Made by a program: the position numbers and the translations under genes. Below the pieces are notes generated by a model, which did no database searches, was not told where the DNA came from, and saw nothing but the letters and a program-made list of their open reading frames with translations. 39,181 bases of DNA from Actinomycetota bacterium (GTDB taxonomy: Bacteria; Actinomycetota; Actinomycetes; Nanopelagicales; Nanopelagicaceae), in the NCBI GenBank assembly GCA_041165485.1, contig JBEANK010000001.1, forward strand, positions 1 to 39,181. The letters run 5' to 3'. This document shows, one piece after another, positions 10,102 through 19,293 of this stretch. How positions within the stretch are numbered: position 1 is the stretch's first letter; the number at the start of each line of letters is the position of its first letter.

Positions 10102-12090
10102 TTACACCTGAGTACGTTCAGCGACAACCTTTTTAATTTCAGCTATCGCATCAGCGATTGGAATGCCATTTTTCTGCTCTCCGTTGCGATAGCGGAAGGA
10201 AACCGCTCCAGCCTTCTGATCTTCCTCGCCTGCGATGACCATGAATGGAATCTTTTGCATCTGTGCATTTCGCACCTTTTTCTGCATGCGATCATCGGAG
10301 GCATCTAACTCGGCACGAATTCCGGCCTTGCGCATTGCAAGCATGACCTCACCCAAATAATCGGCAAATGTATCTGCAACTGGGATTCCAATTGCTTGCA
10401 CTGGAGCCAACCAGGGAGGAAATGCTCCGCTGTAATGCTCCGTTAAAACGCCAAAGAATCGTTCAATGGAACCAAATAATGCTCTATGAATCATTACAGG
10501 ACGCTGACGGGTTCCATCAGTTGCAGAGTATTCAAGTTCGAATCGTTGTGGAAGTTGGAAATCCACTTGAATAGTTGACATCTGCCATGTTCGACCAATC
10601 GCATCCTTTGCCTGCACAGAAATCTTTGGTCCGTAAAATGCCGCGCCACCTTCATCTAAAACGAGTTCAAGATTTTGTGCTGTAGCAGCCTTCCTTAACG
10701 CTTCTGTGGCCTCAACCCAATCAGCATCCTCGCCAACGAACTTCTCTTCATTTTTGGTAGAAAGTTCCAAGTAGAAATCATTTAATCCATAGTCGCGCAA
10801 CAAATTTAGGACGAAGGTGAGTAGTGAATCTAACTCCCCCACCATCTGCTCTTTGGTGCAATAAATATGAGCATCATCCTGTGTAAAGCCACGAGCACGG
10901 GTGATTCCGTGAAGTACACCTGATTTTTCGTAACGGTAAACAGTTCCAAATTCAAAGAGTCTGAGTGGAAGTTCGCGATAAGAGCGTCCGCGGGATTTAT
11001 AAATCAGGTTGTGAAATGGGCAGTTCATCGGCTTCATGTAGTACTGCTGCCCCGCCTTTTTTATAGTGCCATCTGCATTGAGCTCTTCATCCAAAATCAT
11101 TGGTGGGTACATTCCATCGGCATACCACTGCAAGTGGCCAGAGGTTTCAAAAAGTGCGGCTTTAGTTAAGTGAGGTGAATAAACAAACTCATAATTCTCT
11201 TCTTCATGTCGAATACGTGAATAATCCTCCATGGCGCGACGAACAATTCCGCCCTTGGGATGAAAAACCGCCAAACCTGAGCCGATCTCCTCTGGAAATG
11301 AGAAGAGATCTAACTCTGTACCTAAACGACGATGATCACGCTTTTCCGCTTCAGCAAGTAATTCGAGATATGCGTTGAGTTCATCTTGTGATGCCCATGC
11401 TGTTCCATAAATTCTTTGGAGCATTGGGTTCTTTTCTGAACCACGCCAGTAGGCGGCTGCAGTACGCATCAATTTGAAGGCGGGGATCGACTTGGTTGAA
11501 GGAAGATGTGGACCGCGACATAGATCGCTCCACACCGGATTTCCATCTCGACCCAAATTATCGTAGATAGTTAACTCTGAACCACCTATCTCAACGGAAG
11601 CCTCTTCACCTGCAGGGCCCTTAATCCCAATTAGTTCGCATTTGTACGGTTCATGTGACAACTCTTTGAGCGCTTCTGCTTCTGTTGTTACGCGACGACG
11701 AAACCGTTGACCTTCTTTGATAATTTTTCTCATCGCACTTTCAATCTTGATTAAGTCATCAGGATTAAATGTGTTTTGTGGATCGAAATCGTAATAAAAC
11801 CCATCTTTAATCGGTGGACCAATTCCTAGGCGTGTATTGGCATACACCTCTTGAACGGCTTGGGCCATGACATGTGCGGTTGAGTGGCGCAACACAGCTA
11901 AACCATCTGGCGAAGAGATCAGTACCGACTCAACAGCATCGCCTTCGGCAAGCTCGGTCCATAAATCTTTCAACGCACCATTAACGCGACAAACAACAAC
12001 CTCTTTGTTTTCGGCGAATAAATGGGTCGGGCGCTGATCTGCTTCTACCTGTTGGGCAACACCATCAACTGTGATCGAGATCTGAGCCAT
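10102..12090 (-). CDS. thrS: Threonine--tRNA ligase
   Basis: TGS domain, [47 protein letters not shown]. Confidence 0.99.
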   Translation of the reverse strand: MAQISITVDGVAQQVEADQRPTHLFAENKEVVVCRVNGALKDLWTELAEGDAVESVLISSPDGLAVLRHSTAHVMAQAVQEVYANTRLGIGPPIKDGFYYDFDPQNTFNPDDLIKIESAMRKIIKEGQRFRRRVTTEAEALKELSHEPYKCELIGIKGPAGEEASVEIGGSELTIYDNLGRDGNPVWSDLCRGPHLPSTKSIPAFKLMRTAAAYWRGSEKNPMLQRIYGTAWASQDELNAYLELLAEAEKRDHRRLGTELDLFSFPEEIGSGLAVFHPKGGIVRRAMEDYSRIRHEEENYEFVYSPHLTKAALFETSGHLQWYADGMYPPMILDEELNADGTIKKAGQQYYMKPMNCPFHNLIYKSRGRSYRELPLRLFEFGTVYRYEKSGVLHGITRARGFTQDDAHIYCTKEQMVGELDSLLTFVLNLLRDYGLNDFYLELSTKNEEKFVGEDADWVEATEALRKAATAQNLELVLDEGGAAFYGPKISVQAKDAIGRTWQMSTIQVDFQLPQRFELEYSATDGTRQRPVMIHRALFGSIERFFGVLTEHYSGAFPPWLAPVQAIGIPVADTFADYLGEVMLAMRKAGIRAELDASDDRMQKKVRNAQMQKIPFMVIAGEEDQKAGAVSFRYRNGEQKNGIPIADAIAEIKKVVAERTQV

Positions 12091-12094
12091 GCCG

Positions 12095-12853
12095 CTAGCC
12101 TACCGAAGTCTTCAGCGCCATCGCTTCAATTTCTGTGCCGAATTCAGGTGATGGCTCCAATAATCTCCCATCTATAGAGGCCACCGGTTGTGCGATACGC
12201 AAGCTGCTCAAGAGAAAAGCTGATTGAACCCGATGCAAATCTGCTACATCAATACTTTTTACGGATACGCCGCAATACTCGATCACAAGGGCTCGCATGA
12301 TTCCAGGCAGAACACCATCGCTAATTGGTGGAGTTATCCACTTATCATCGAGTTTTAGCAGCAGATTTGTCACCGATCCCTCGCACACCTTCCCAAGATC
12401 ATTAACGACAATGGCTTCATCAAAACCAGACTCTTTGGCGAAGTTCAAAATATCTAATCGATGCGAATAAGGATAATTTTTTACCGGCTGACCGACGACA
12501 GAAATTGGTTTCTGAAAAGTCATCAGAGCGGCTGGCTGATTATTGCCTTCGTACGGTAAATGGACCGCCGCCCAGTTGCCATCATCTCCAAATGACAAAC
12601 GCAGCATTCCCATCGGGGCCTTTTCAACTTTACACAAAAGCGCAACAGCGCTTCGGAGAGCCTCTTCGCTTGCAATTGAAAAACCTAATTGTTTAGCGCT
12701 ACTTACCGCTCGGCGCATATGTCGTGAAAGTGCCCATGGTGCATTGTTAACTGTTCTTATGGTTTCAAATACTCCTGCGCCATCCATCCAACCTTTCTCA
12801 TTGCAGCGACTGTCGACTAACTCCACCAATAAACCGTTTTGAATCACCTTCAT
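12095..12853 (-). CDS. Class IV PLP aminotransferase, 4-amino-4-deoxychorismate lyase (PabC)-like
   Basis: [11 protein letters not shown], catalytic Lys (PVKNY), EGSVTN, LPGIMR, SSLR; coupled to the pabB-like gene. Confidence 0.8.
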   Translation of the reverse strand: MKVIQNGLLVELVDSRCNEKGWMDGAGVFETIRTVNNAPWALSRHMRRAVSSAKQLGFSIASEEALRSAVALLCKVEKAPMGMLRLSFGDDGNWAAVHLPYEGNNQPAALMTFQKPISVVGQPVKNYPYSHRLDILNFAKESGFDEAIVVNDLGKVCEGSVTNLLLKLDDKWITPPISDGVLPGIMRALVIEYCGVSVKSIDVADLHRVQSAFLLSSLRIAQPVASIDGRLLEPSPEFGTEIEAMALKTSVG

Positions 12854-13842
12854 CGGTGTTGTCCCTCAGCGATCTTTACTAACCTTGAAGCTTTTAGTTC
12901 GGTCTCTTCCCATTCTTTATGAGAATCACTGCTAAAGGTAATTCCGGCACCCGTACCAAAGTTTAGTTTTTCGTTTTTCCAGAAAATGCGAATTGCAACT
13001 GATAACTCTGCTTGATCGCCTTGCACCCAACCCAGCGCTCCGCAATACGGTCCACGGGGATTTTCATTTTGGGAGATAGTGCTCAATGCAGAAGATTTAG
13101 GAGCGCCACTCACCGAGCCAGGCGGTGAAACAGCCTGGAAAATAGCACTCCAACCAATTCCATCTACCAGATCTCCTTCAACATCCGAGATTAGATGCTG
13201 TAATCCCGGATGATCTTGACTATAGAGAAGTTGTGTGACTTCTACCGTTCCACTTTTACAAATCATCCCAAAATCATTCCTCATGAGATCAACAATCATG
13301 ATGTTCTCAGATTTGTCCTTAACGCTAAAGTCACCTGAACCAAGGTTTTGAGTTCCCTTGATTGGAGATGTTTTCACCCGATTGCCAGTTCGCTTCAGAA
13401 ATAACTCTGGAGATGCGGATGCAATGTTGATCCCCGGAATCTCCAGATAACTAGCCCATGGCGCGGGGTTACTCTCCAAGATATTTGAAAAAAGCCCACG
13501 TAAATTTGGGTTGGAATCTTCCGCTGAAATCTGACGACAGGCGTTTACTTGATACACCCATCCTTGTGCGATCAAATCGCGAATATCATCTACGTAGGAA
13601 ATGTATCCGGATTCATCGGGAGAACTTTTCCATGGGGTGGAGATCGGATTCCAGATAGAGGTTGGAAAATCTGCAACTCTTACCATCGCAAACTTTGCTG
13701 CTGTGAATTCACCTTCGAAGGTTGTCGACACCGCCCAAAAATCTCCATCATCAAGGCAGGAAGGGTCATTGGATACCTCGATCAGCTCAGTTGCTAATCG
13801 TCCCCCCATCCAAAATATGGGTCCATCCTTGGCATACTCCAC
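12850..13842 (-). CDS. Chorismate-binding protein, aminodeoxychorismate synthase component I (PabB)-like
   Basis: YQVN, SASPELFL, SPIKGT (PabB-type rather than TrpE PIAGT), ENIMIVDLMRND, PPGSVSGAPK, RGPYCG, GAGIT. Confidence 0.85.
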   Translation of the reverse strand: MEYAKDGPIFWMGGRLATELIEVSNDPSCLDDGDFWAVSTTFEGEFTAAKFAMVRVADFPTSIWNPISTPWKSSPDESGYISYVDDIRDLIAQGWVYQVNACRQISAEDSNPNLRGLFSNILESNPAPWASYLEIPGINIASASPELFLKRTGNRVKTSPIKGTQNLGSGDFSVKDKSENIMIVDLMRNDFGMICKSGTVEVTQLLYSQDHPGLQHLISDVEGDLVDGIGWSAIFQAVSPPGSVSGAPKSSALSTISQNENPRGPYCGALGWVQGDQAELSVAIRIFWKNEKLNFGTGAGITFSSDSHKEWEETELKASRLVKIAEGQHR

Positions 13843-13888
13843 GAGGTAACGCTAACCAATCTCTCATTACTTTGCGGATCTGGGCACT

Positions 13889-13918
13889 TTGGCGGATAAG
13901 CCATACCTGCGATAGATT
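13889..13918 (+). promoter_or_regulatory. Putative sigma-70 promoter of the tRNA cluster
   Basis: TTGGCG-N18-TAGATT ending 10 nt before tRNA-Gly. Confidence 0.5.
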
Positions 13919-13928
13919 TGCCCTCCTC

Positions 13929-14001
13929 GCGGACGTAGCGCAGTTGGTAGCGCGGAACCTTGCCAAGGTTCAGGTCGCCGGTTCGAACCCGGTCGTCCGC
14001 T
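13929..14001 (+). tRNA. tRNA-Gly (GCC)
   Basis: Acceptor GCGGACG/CGTCCGC, anticodon arm GAACC-TTGCCAA-GGTTC, T loop GGTTCGAACCC; CCA not encoded. Confidence 0.97.
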
Positions 14002-14004
14002 CTG

Positions 14005-14058
14005 ATACTCGCCGTTTAGATTGAACTCTCTTCGAAGATCAAAATCTAACGGCGATAT
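14005..14058. repeat. Long imperfect inverted repeat in the tRNA-Gly/tRNA-Cys spacer
   Basis: ATACTCGCCGTTTAGATT...AATCTAACGGCGATAT with inner TCT-TCGA-AGA. Confidence 0.75.
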
Positions 14059-14064
14059 TTGTAT

Positions 14065-14138
14065 GGTCGGGTGGCCGAGAGGCGAGGCAAGGGACTGCAA
14101 ATCCCTCTACACGGGTTCAAATCCCGTCCCGACCTCCA
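14065..14138 (+). tRNA. tRNA-Cys (GCA)
   Basis: Acceptor GGTCGGG/CCCGACC, anticodon arm AGGGA-CTGCAAA-TCCCT, GGTTCAAATCC, discriminator U, CCA encoded. Confidence 0.97.
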
Positions 14139-14163
14139 TTATTAATTAAGGTGTTGTTACACA

Positions 14164-14547
14164 ATGACACAATCAGCACCGGCGAATCAAAAGGAAATGA
14201 TGATGAAAGATAACGACTCAGTCAGACCGTGGGGACGTTACGAAGTTTTGCAGGAATCAAATCACCACAAAGTCAAATGCATTTACGTAAATCCAGGTTC
14301 TCGACTTTCCTATCAACGTCATCAAAAGAGAGCTGAACATTGGTTCATAGTTTCAGGAACCGCGACAGTTACATTAAACGGCGAGAGTTTCCAAAAAATT
14401 GCAGGCGAAACGGTAGATGTCGCAATTGGTGATTTGCATCGAGTCGCAAATGCAGGAACTCAGGAGCTTGTCTTTATCGAGGTCCAAACCGGTTCCTACT
14501 TTGGTGAGGATGATATTGAGCGTATTGAGGATGATTATTCGCGTTAA
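14164..14547 (+). CDS. Stand-alone cupin, phosphomannose isomerase type II C-terminal domain-like
   Basis: RPWG, LSYQRHQKRAEHW, HRVAN, IEVQTGSYFGEDDIER..DDY match the ManC/AlgA PMI cupin. Start may be one of the ATGs at 14197-14203 after AAGGA. Confidence 0.88.
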   Translation: MTQSAPANQKEMMMKDNDSVRPWGRYEVLQESNHHKVKCIYVNPGSRLSYQRHQKRAEHWFIVSGTATVTLNGESFQKIAGETVDVAIGDLHRVANAGTQELVFIEVQTGSYFGEDDIERIEDDYSR

Positions 14548-14574
14548 ATGGCTGTTGTATAGTTCTGCTACCTA

Positions 14575-14646
14575 GGACGATTGGCTCAGCGGTAGAGCAC
14601 CACATTGACATTGTGGGGGTCACTGGTTCGATCCCAGTATCGTCCA
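14575..14646 (+). tRNA. tRNA-Val (GAC)
   Basis: Acceptor GGACGAT/ATCGTCC, anticodon arm CCACA-TTGACAT-TGTGG, GGTTCGATCCC; CCA not encoded; TATAGT hexamer at 14558-14563 upstream. Confidence 0.96.
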
Positions 14647-14740
14647 CTTCTACTAGATATGCCTCACATTTGAGGTTGTAACCCATCAGTAACCCAAAGT
14701 CTACTCGCGAGTTGGGCTGTTGCATCCATACAGTTAACAC

Positions 14741-16165
14741 ATGCGATCTACCTCTAGCTATCCCACAATCATTCAGGGTGGCATGGGTATAGCGGTTTCC
14801 TCCTGGCAGTTGGCTAAAGAGGTCGCTATTGCCGGAGAGCTTGGTGTTATTTCAGGAACTGCAATTGATTCAGTCGTTGCACGACGATTGCAAGATGGTG
14901 ACACATCCGGAGATATCCGCCGAGCAATGTCTGCATATCCTCATCAAGAGACGATTAAAGAAATTATGGATCGCTTCTTTATAGAAGGTGGTCGCGAATC
15001 GGGTAAGCCATATTTAGATGTTCCGAAACTAAGCATCAAGGGAAACCTTTTCTCCAACAAGCTATTGGCGGTAGCTAGCTTTGTAGAAGTTTGGCTAGCC
15101 AAAGAGGGTCATAACGGCTTAATTGGTATGAATATTTTGGAGAAAATCCAGTTAGCTATTCCTGCACAACTCTATGGCGCGATGTTGGCAGATGTTGATT
15201 ACATATTAATTGGTGCTGGAATTCCGGCCCAGGTTCCCCACTTACTCAATGAAATTTCACAAGGCAACAAGGTTGCGATGAAGGTAGATGTTGCAGATAC
15301 AAAGGAAAAACACTATCTACATTTTGATCCCCGAACTTTAGGTCTAGATAATTTTCCAATTAAGCGTCCACTCTTTTTGGCAATTGTTACTTCACACGCA
15401 CTAGTTGCATATCTAAATAAGGATGAAGAGACTAAGCCTGATGGATATGTTATTGAGTACCACGTCGCCGGAGGACACAACGCTCCCCCTAGAGCTAAGA
15501 ATCACGTCAATGAAGAAGGCGAAGCGGTCTATAACGAGCTAGATATTCCTAATCTCGAAAAGATCCATGCATCGGGTTCGCCTTTCTGGTTGGCCGGCGG
15601 CTTTGCAACTCCAGAAAAGGTAAAAGAGGCAATTTCTTACGGAGCACAAGGCGTACAGGTTGGTTCACTTTTTGCTTTAGCAAATGAATCAGGCTTTACC
15701 AACGAGAACAGGTCATCAATTTTGGTCTCTCTTGCAGACCCAACAATGCGAGTAATGACTGATGCAAGCGCTTCTCCAACTGGTTTTCCATTTAAAGTCA
15801 TTCAAAATAATCAAACCCTTTCAAATGATAATTTGTACAAAGAGCGCACAAGAATCTGCGATCTCGGATATTTGCGAACTATGTTCCAGCGTGAAAAGGG
15901 CGGCATTGGATATCGATGCCCTGCTGAGCCTTTAGATAACTATGAGTTCAAGAATGGTGAAGTAGATCAGGCACAGGGATCAAAATGTTTGTGTAACGCG
16001 TTGATGGCAGATATCGGATTAGGCCAAGTTAGGCCCGATGGTCGTACCGAAATTTCACTTCTTACATTTGGCTCTGACCTAGATGGGCCACGTGCACTTC
16101 GCGAACTTCATCCAGATGGATGGAACGCGGTGCAAGCCTTGAACTTCTTGAAATCTGCGATCTAG
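14741..16165 (+). CDS. Nitronate monooxygenase/FabK/FabX-like FMN TIM-barrel oxidoreductase with four C-terminal cysteines
   Basis: IIQGGMG, GAGIP, AGGHN, LAGG, GVQVGSLF, SPTGFP; C-terminal RICDLG..YRCP..KCLCN. Confidence 0.82.
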   Translation: MRSTSSYPTIIQGGMGIAVSSWQLAKEVAIAGELGVISGTAIDSVVARRLQDGDTSGDIRRAMSAYPHQETIKEIMDRFFIEGGRESGKPYLDVPKLSIKGNLFSNKLLAVASFVEVWLAKEGHNGLIGMNILEKIQLAIPAQLYGAMLADVDYILIGAGIPAQVPHLLNEISQGNKVAMKVDVADTKEKHYLHFDPRTLGLDNFPIKRPLFLAIVTSHALVAYLNKDEETKPDGYVIEYHVAGGHNAPPRAKNHVNEEGEAVYNELDIPNLEKIHASGSPFWLAGGFATPEKVKEAISYGAQGVQVGSLFALANESGFTNENRSSILVSLADPTMRVMTDASASPTGFPFKVIQNNQTLSNDNLYKERTRICDLGYLRTMFQREKGGIGYRCPAEPLDNYEFKNGEVDQAQGSKCLCNALMADIGLGQVRPDGRTEISLLTFGSDLDGPRALRELHPDGWNAVQALNFLKSAI

Positions 16166-16178
16166 TACCTTTCAACTT

Positions 16179-16805
16179 GTGTCGCAGCTCCTGAGCACCT
16201 TACCCTCATTTGTCGCCACCACAATTTTGCTTGTAATGGTTCCGGGTCAGGGAGTTGCCATGGTTTTGCGGCAATCCATTATGGGCGGTTCATCAGCTGC
16301 ATTTCTTTCATCACTCGGAAACTGCCTTGGCATCATGGTGTGGAGTGCATCGAGCGCCATTGGACTATCTGCCATTTTTACCCGATCTGAAACCGCATAT
16401 TCAATCCTGAAATGGTCCGGTGTTGTGTTTCTGGCCTTTATTTCACTTCAAACATTTCTCTCTCTACGGAAAGAATTTGGAAAATTTGACCTAGAAAGCG
16501 CAACAGATTTCTCAGCTTGGAGCTCTTTCAGATTGGGTTTTGTCACCAATTTAACTAATGCAAAGGCAGCTGTTTACGCTGTTGCTTTTATTCCCGCATT
16601 CCTACCTCAAGAAACCTCTTTAGGGTTTGGCATTATTGCGCTGGGAACAGTGTGGGCACTTGTTTCGATTACCTGGAATGTTGCTTTGATCTGGACCGTA
16701 AAGAAATCTTCTACCTACATTCAAAGACCAACCGTACGTAGAGCCCTCACGGCGGTTTCTGCAGTAGGAATCTTGGGCATTGCCATTGGTCTGGCTCTCT
16801 CCTAA
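16179..16805 (+). CDS. LysE/RhtB family translocator
   Basis: VPGQG, LKWSG..FL, GFVTNLTNAKA, about six hydrophobic helices. Confidence 0.9.
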   Translation: MSQLLSTLPSFVATTILLVMVPGQGVAMVLRQSIMGGSSAAFLSSLGNCLGIMVWSASSAIGLSAIFTRSETAYSILKWSGVVFLAFISLQTFLSLRKEFGKFDLESATDFSAWSSFRLGFVTNLTNAKAAVYAVAFIPAFLPQETSLGFGIIALGTVWALVSITWNVALIWTVKKSSTYIQRPTVRRALTAVSAVGILGIAIGLALS

Positions 16806-16807
16806 AA

Positions 16808-17578
16808 CTACTGTGTTTGCGACTCAATAAATGTTAGGGAGTTCTGAAAAATCAATTCCTGGTCATAATCCATAGTTGCAACATGGTAGCTATTGACCAA
16901 CTCAATTCTGCTCTTACTTGTGGAGGCAATTTCAGCAAGAATTATCTCGGTATTGGTAACCGGAAGGGTGTGATCTTCCACAGAATGAAAGAGTTGAACT
17001 GGAATTGTGATGTTCTTCAAATTACGTCTGGTGATCCTCAACATCTTCAATAATTGATACACACCGCGAGTAGGCAAGGCGTCATAGCCCCATTCAGTTA
17101 CCCCTGGACGTTTGATGTCATCTCCAACACTTGTGCGCATCTTTTGTAAACGAGATAAGAAAAATGCTAGCTCTACAGGTACACCTTTAACGTGAATCAT
17201 GGGATTGACCAAGATCAATCCCTTTAATGTCTCATTATGAGAAGCCGCCACATTCAGGACCGTTCCGCCGCCCATTGAAAGTCCGATGAGAAAAATGACA
17301 TCGCAACTCTTTCGCAGTTCGCTTAACTCAAACTCAACCTTTGCCGGCCACTCTTGCCACTTAACTTTATTAAGGTTTTCTGGATGTGTTCCATGGCCTG
17401 GAAGTAAAGGCACTCGCACCGTATATCCCTTTGAATGTAAAAACTCGCCCCAAGGTCGCATAGATGCTGGCGAACCAGTAAAGCCATGAACTAATAAAAC
17501 TCCTACATGAGCATTTTTCCCGTTTCCGGTTGCAGCCCAATCTTGCATCCAACCTGCTGGTGCTCCCTCTACCGCCAT
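16808..17578 (-). CDS. Alpha/beta hydrolase, carboxylesterase/monoacylglycerol lipase type
   Basis: HGFTGSP, LPGHG, nucleophile GLSMGG, EDH, SYHVAT. Confidence 0.9.
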   Translation of the reverse strand: MAVEGAPAGWMQDWAATGNGKNAHVGVLLVHGFTGSPASMRPWGEFLHSKGYTVRVPLLPGHGTHPENLNKVKWQEWPAKVEFELSELRKSCDVIFLIGLSMGGGTVLNVAASHNETLKGLILVNPMIHVKGVPVELAFFLSRLQKMRTSVGDDIKRPGVTEWGYDALPTRGVYQLLKMLRITRRNLKNITIPVQLFHSVEDHTLPVTNTEIILAEIASTSKSRIELVNSYHVATMDYDQELIFQNSLTFIESQTQ

Positions 17579-17602
17579 ACCTAATAGCGTACGACTGAAG
17601 CA

Positions 17603-17625
17603 TTGTCAGGGCAATGACCTACGAT
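17603..17625 (+). promoter_or_regulatory. PafBC/RecA-NDp-type DNA damage promoter
   Basis: TTGTCAG-N10-TACGAT, 7 nt before the ATG of the DEDDh exonuclease; matches TGTCRG-N10-TANNNT. Confidence 0.7.
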
Positions 17626-17632
17626 TGTTAGC

Positions 17633-18265
17633 ATGTCTAAGGTTGCAGATCGAAAACTCTCTGAAACAACCTTTGCGGTTCTAGATCTCGAAACTTCAGG
17701 TGGATCGCCTCGACTAGGGGCTGGAATAACTGAGATCGGCGTCGTAAAAGTTAAGGGCGGAAAAGTTCTAGGTACTTTTCAAAGTTTTGTAGATCCTGGA
17801 CATGCCTTGCCATATTTCATCACTGAACTAACTGGCATAACAGATCAGATGCTTGTCTCTGCACCCTTCATCGATGAAATCCTTCCTACACTTTTTGAAT
17901 TTCTCGGCAGCTGCCAGGAAACAGTTGTCGTAGCGCACAACTCACCCTTTGATCTGAGTTTTCTCAAGGCGGCCTCAACCGCACATGAAATCCCGTGGCC
18001 GGAGTATGTAACTGTAGATACCGCCCGACTTGCTAGGGCGGTTCTCGAAAGAGATGAGGTTATGAATTGCAAACTCTCAACTTTGGCGCAATTTTTTGGA
18101 GCGGCAACATCGCCTAATCACAGAGCCCTTGATGATGCCCTGGCAACTGTTGATGTACTTCACGGATTAATCGAACGACTTGCTGGATTTAACATTTACA
18201 ACTTTGAGGAGATGCGCAGCTTTCCATCTAAAAAGCGAAGAGCTAAACGCCCAATCGCTGAGTAA
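17633..18265 (+). CDS. DEDDh 3'-5' exonuclease (DnaQ-like, N-terminal domain of Rv2191-type proteins)
   Basis: ExoI VLDLETSG, LTGIT, ExoII VAHNSPFD, ExoIII HRALDDA; next to trpD like Rv2191. Confidence 0.9.
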   Translation: MSKVADRKLSETTFAVLDLETSGGSPRLGAGITEIGVVKVKGGKVLGTFQSFVDPGHALPYFITELTGITDQMLVSAPFIDEILPTLFEFLGSCQETVVVAHNSPFDLSFLKAASTAHEIPWPEYVTVDTARLARAVLERDEVMNCKLSTLAQFFGAATSPNHRALDDALATVDVLHGLIERLAGFNIYNFEEMRSFPSKKRRAKRPIAE

Positions 18266-19286
18266 GTTCGGCCCACTTAACGACAAGTTCATTGGCTGCA
18301 CCAGAATCGATTGCACTATTTGCCGCTTTCACACCATCTGAGATTCGTTGGTGCAAACTCTCATCACTCCTACCCTCAAAGGCTGCAATGGCTGCAGCTG
18401 CATTGAGAATGCACGCATCACGGTGTGCGCCTTTTTCTCCATTAAAAATCCCCCGGGTGATGCGAGCATTTTCTGCTGCATCTCCCCCAACCAAAGCACT
18501 GATCGGCGCTGTGGGAACTCCAAACTCCTCAGGATTTAGTAAACCACTCGTTATTTCATCGGTTCCGATTGTTAATACAGATGTAGTCGTTGCCAAGGTG
18601 ATTTCATCGAGACCATCATCTCCGCGAAAAACAAATCCATCGACACCACGATCTCCCAACACCTGGGCCATCACCAAATGCATTCGCTCATTAGCAACGC
18701 CAATAGCTGCCGCCTTTGGGCGGGCCGGATTTGCCAGCGGACCCAAAATATTGAAAACAGTGGGCGTGCCAAGCTCCTTACGAGCTGTAGCAGCAAACTT
18801 CATAGCAGGGTGAAAAATAGGCGCAAAGCAAAATCCAATTCCCAAAGCCGCAAAGCTCTCTTCGACCTGCGCTCCATTGAGATTGATGTTAATCCCTAAA
18901 TTCTCTAAAAGATCAGCTGATCCAGATTTAGAGGATGCGGCACGGTTTCCATGCTTGATTACCTTTGCTCCAGCAGCGGCGGCAATAATTGCTGATGTTG
19001 TAGAAATATTGATTGTGTGGGCACCATCTCCACCAGTACCAACGGTGTCCACAGCTCTTTCATTGATACTAATAGAGGCACAGTGTTGATACATCTGTTC
19101 AACCAATGCGCCCACTTCTTCAGGGCTTTCACCTTTGTTTTTCAAAGCGATCAAAAAATCTTTGATGGTGTCATTTGCTGCTTGTCCGGTGAGAATTTGA
19201 TCCATGCACCATTGAACTCGTTCGGCATCGAGATCAAGACCTGCATTGATAATCGCTATGTTCTCATTCCACAGCAATTGGCTCAT
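18243..19286 (-). CDS. trpD: Anthranilate phosphoribosyltransferase
   Basis: DTVGTGGDG, NISTT, KHGNRAASSKSGSAD, TVFNILGPLANP, DGLDE. Confidence 0.98.
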   Translation of the reverse strand: MSQLLWNENIAIINAGLDLDAERVQWCMDQILTGQAANDTIKDFLIALKNKGESPEEVGALVEQMYQHCASISINERAVDTVGTGGDGAHTINISTTSAIIAAAAGAKVIKHGNRAASSKSGSADLLENLGININLNGAQVEESFAALGIGFCFAPIFHPAMKFAATARKELGTPTVFNILGPLANPARPKAAAIGVANERMHLVMAQVLGDRGVDGFVFRGDDGLDEITLATTTSVLTIGTDEITSGLLNPEEFGVPTAPISALVGGDAAENARITRGIFNGEKGAHRDACILNAAAAIAAFEGRSDESLHQRISDGVKAANSAIDSGAANELVVKWAELTQRLGV

Positions 19287-19293
19287 GAGAAAG

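Noticed and set aside
13722-14740. ORFs 13722-14024, 13867-14100 and 14474-14740
   Set aside because: They overlap tRNA genes or are antisense to them; no protein motifs.
14575-16810. Integrative element at tRNA-Val
   Set aside because: No integrase, and no duplicated tRNA 3' end found downstream by eye.
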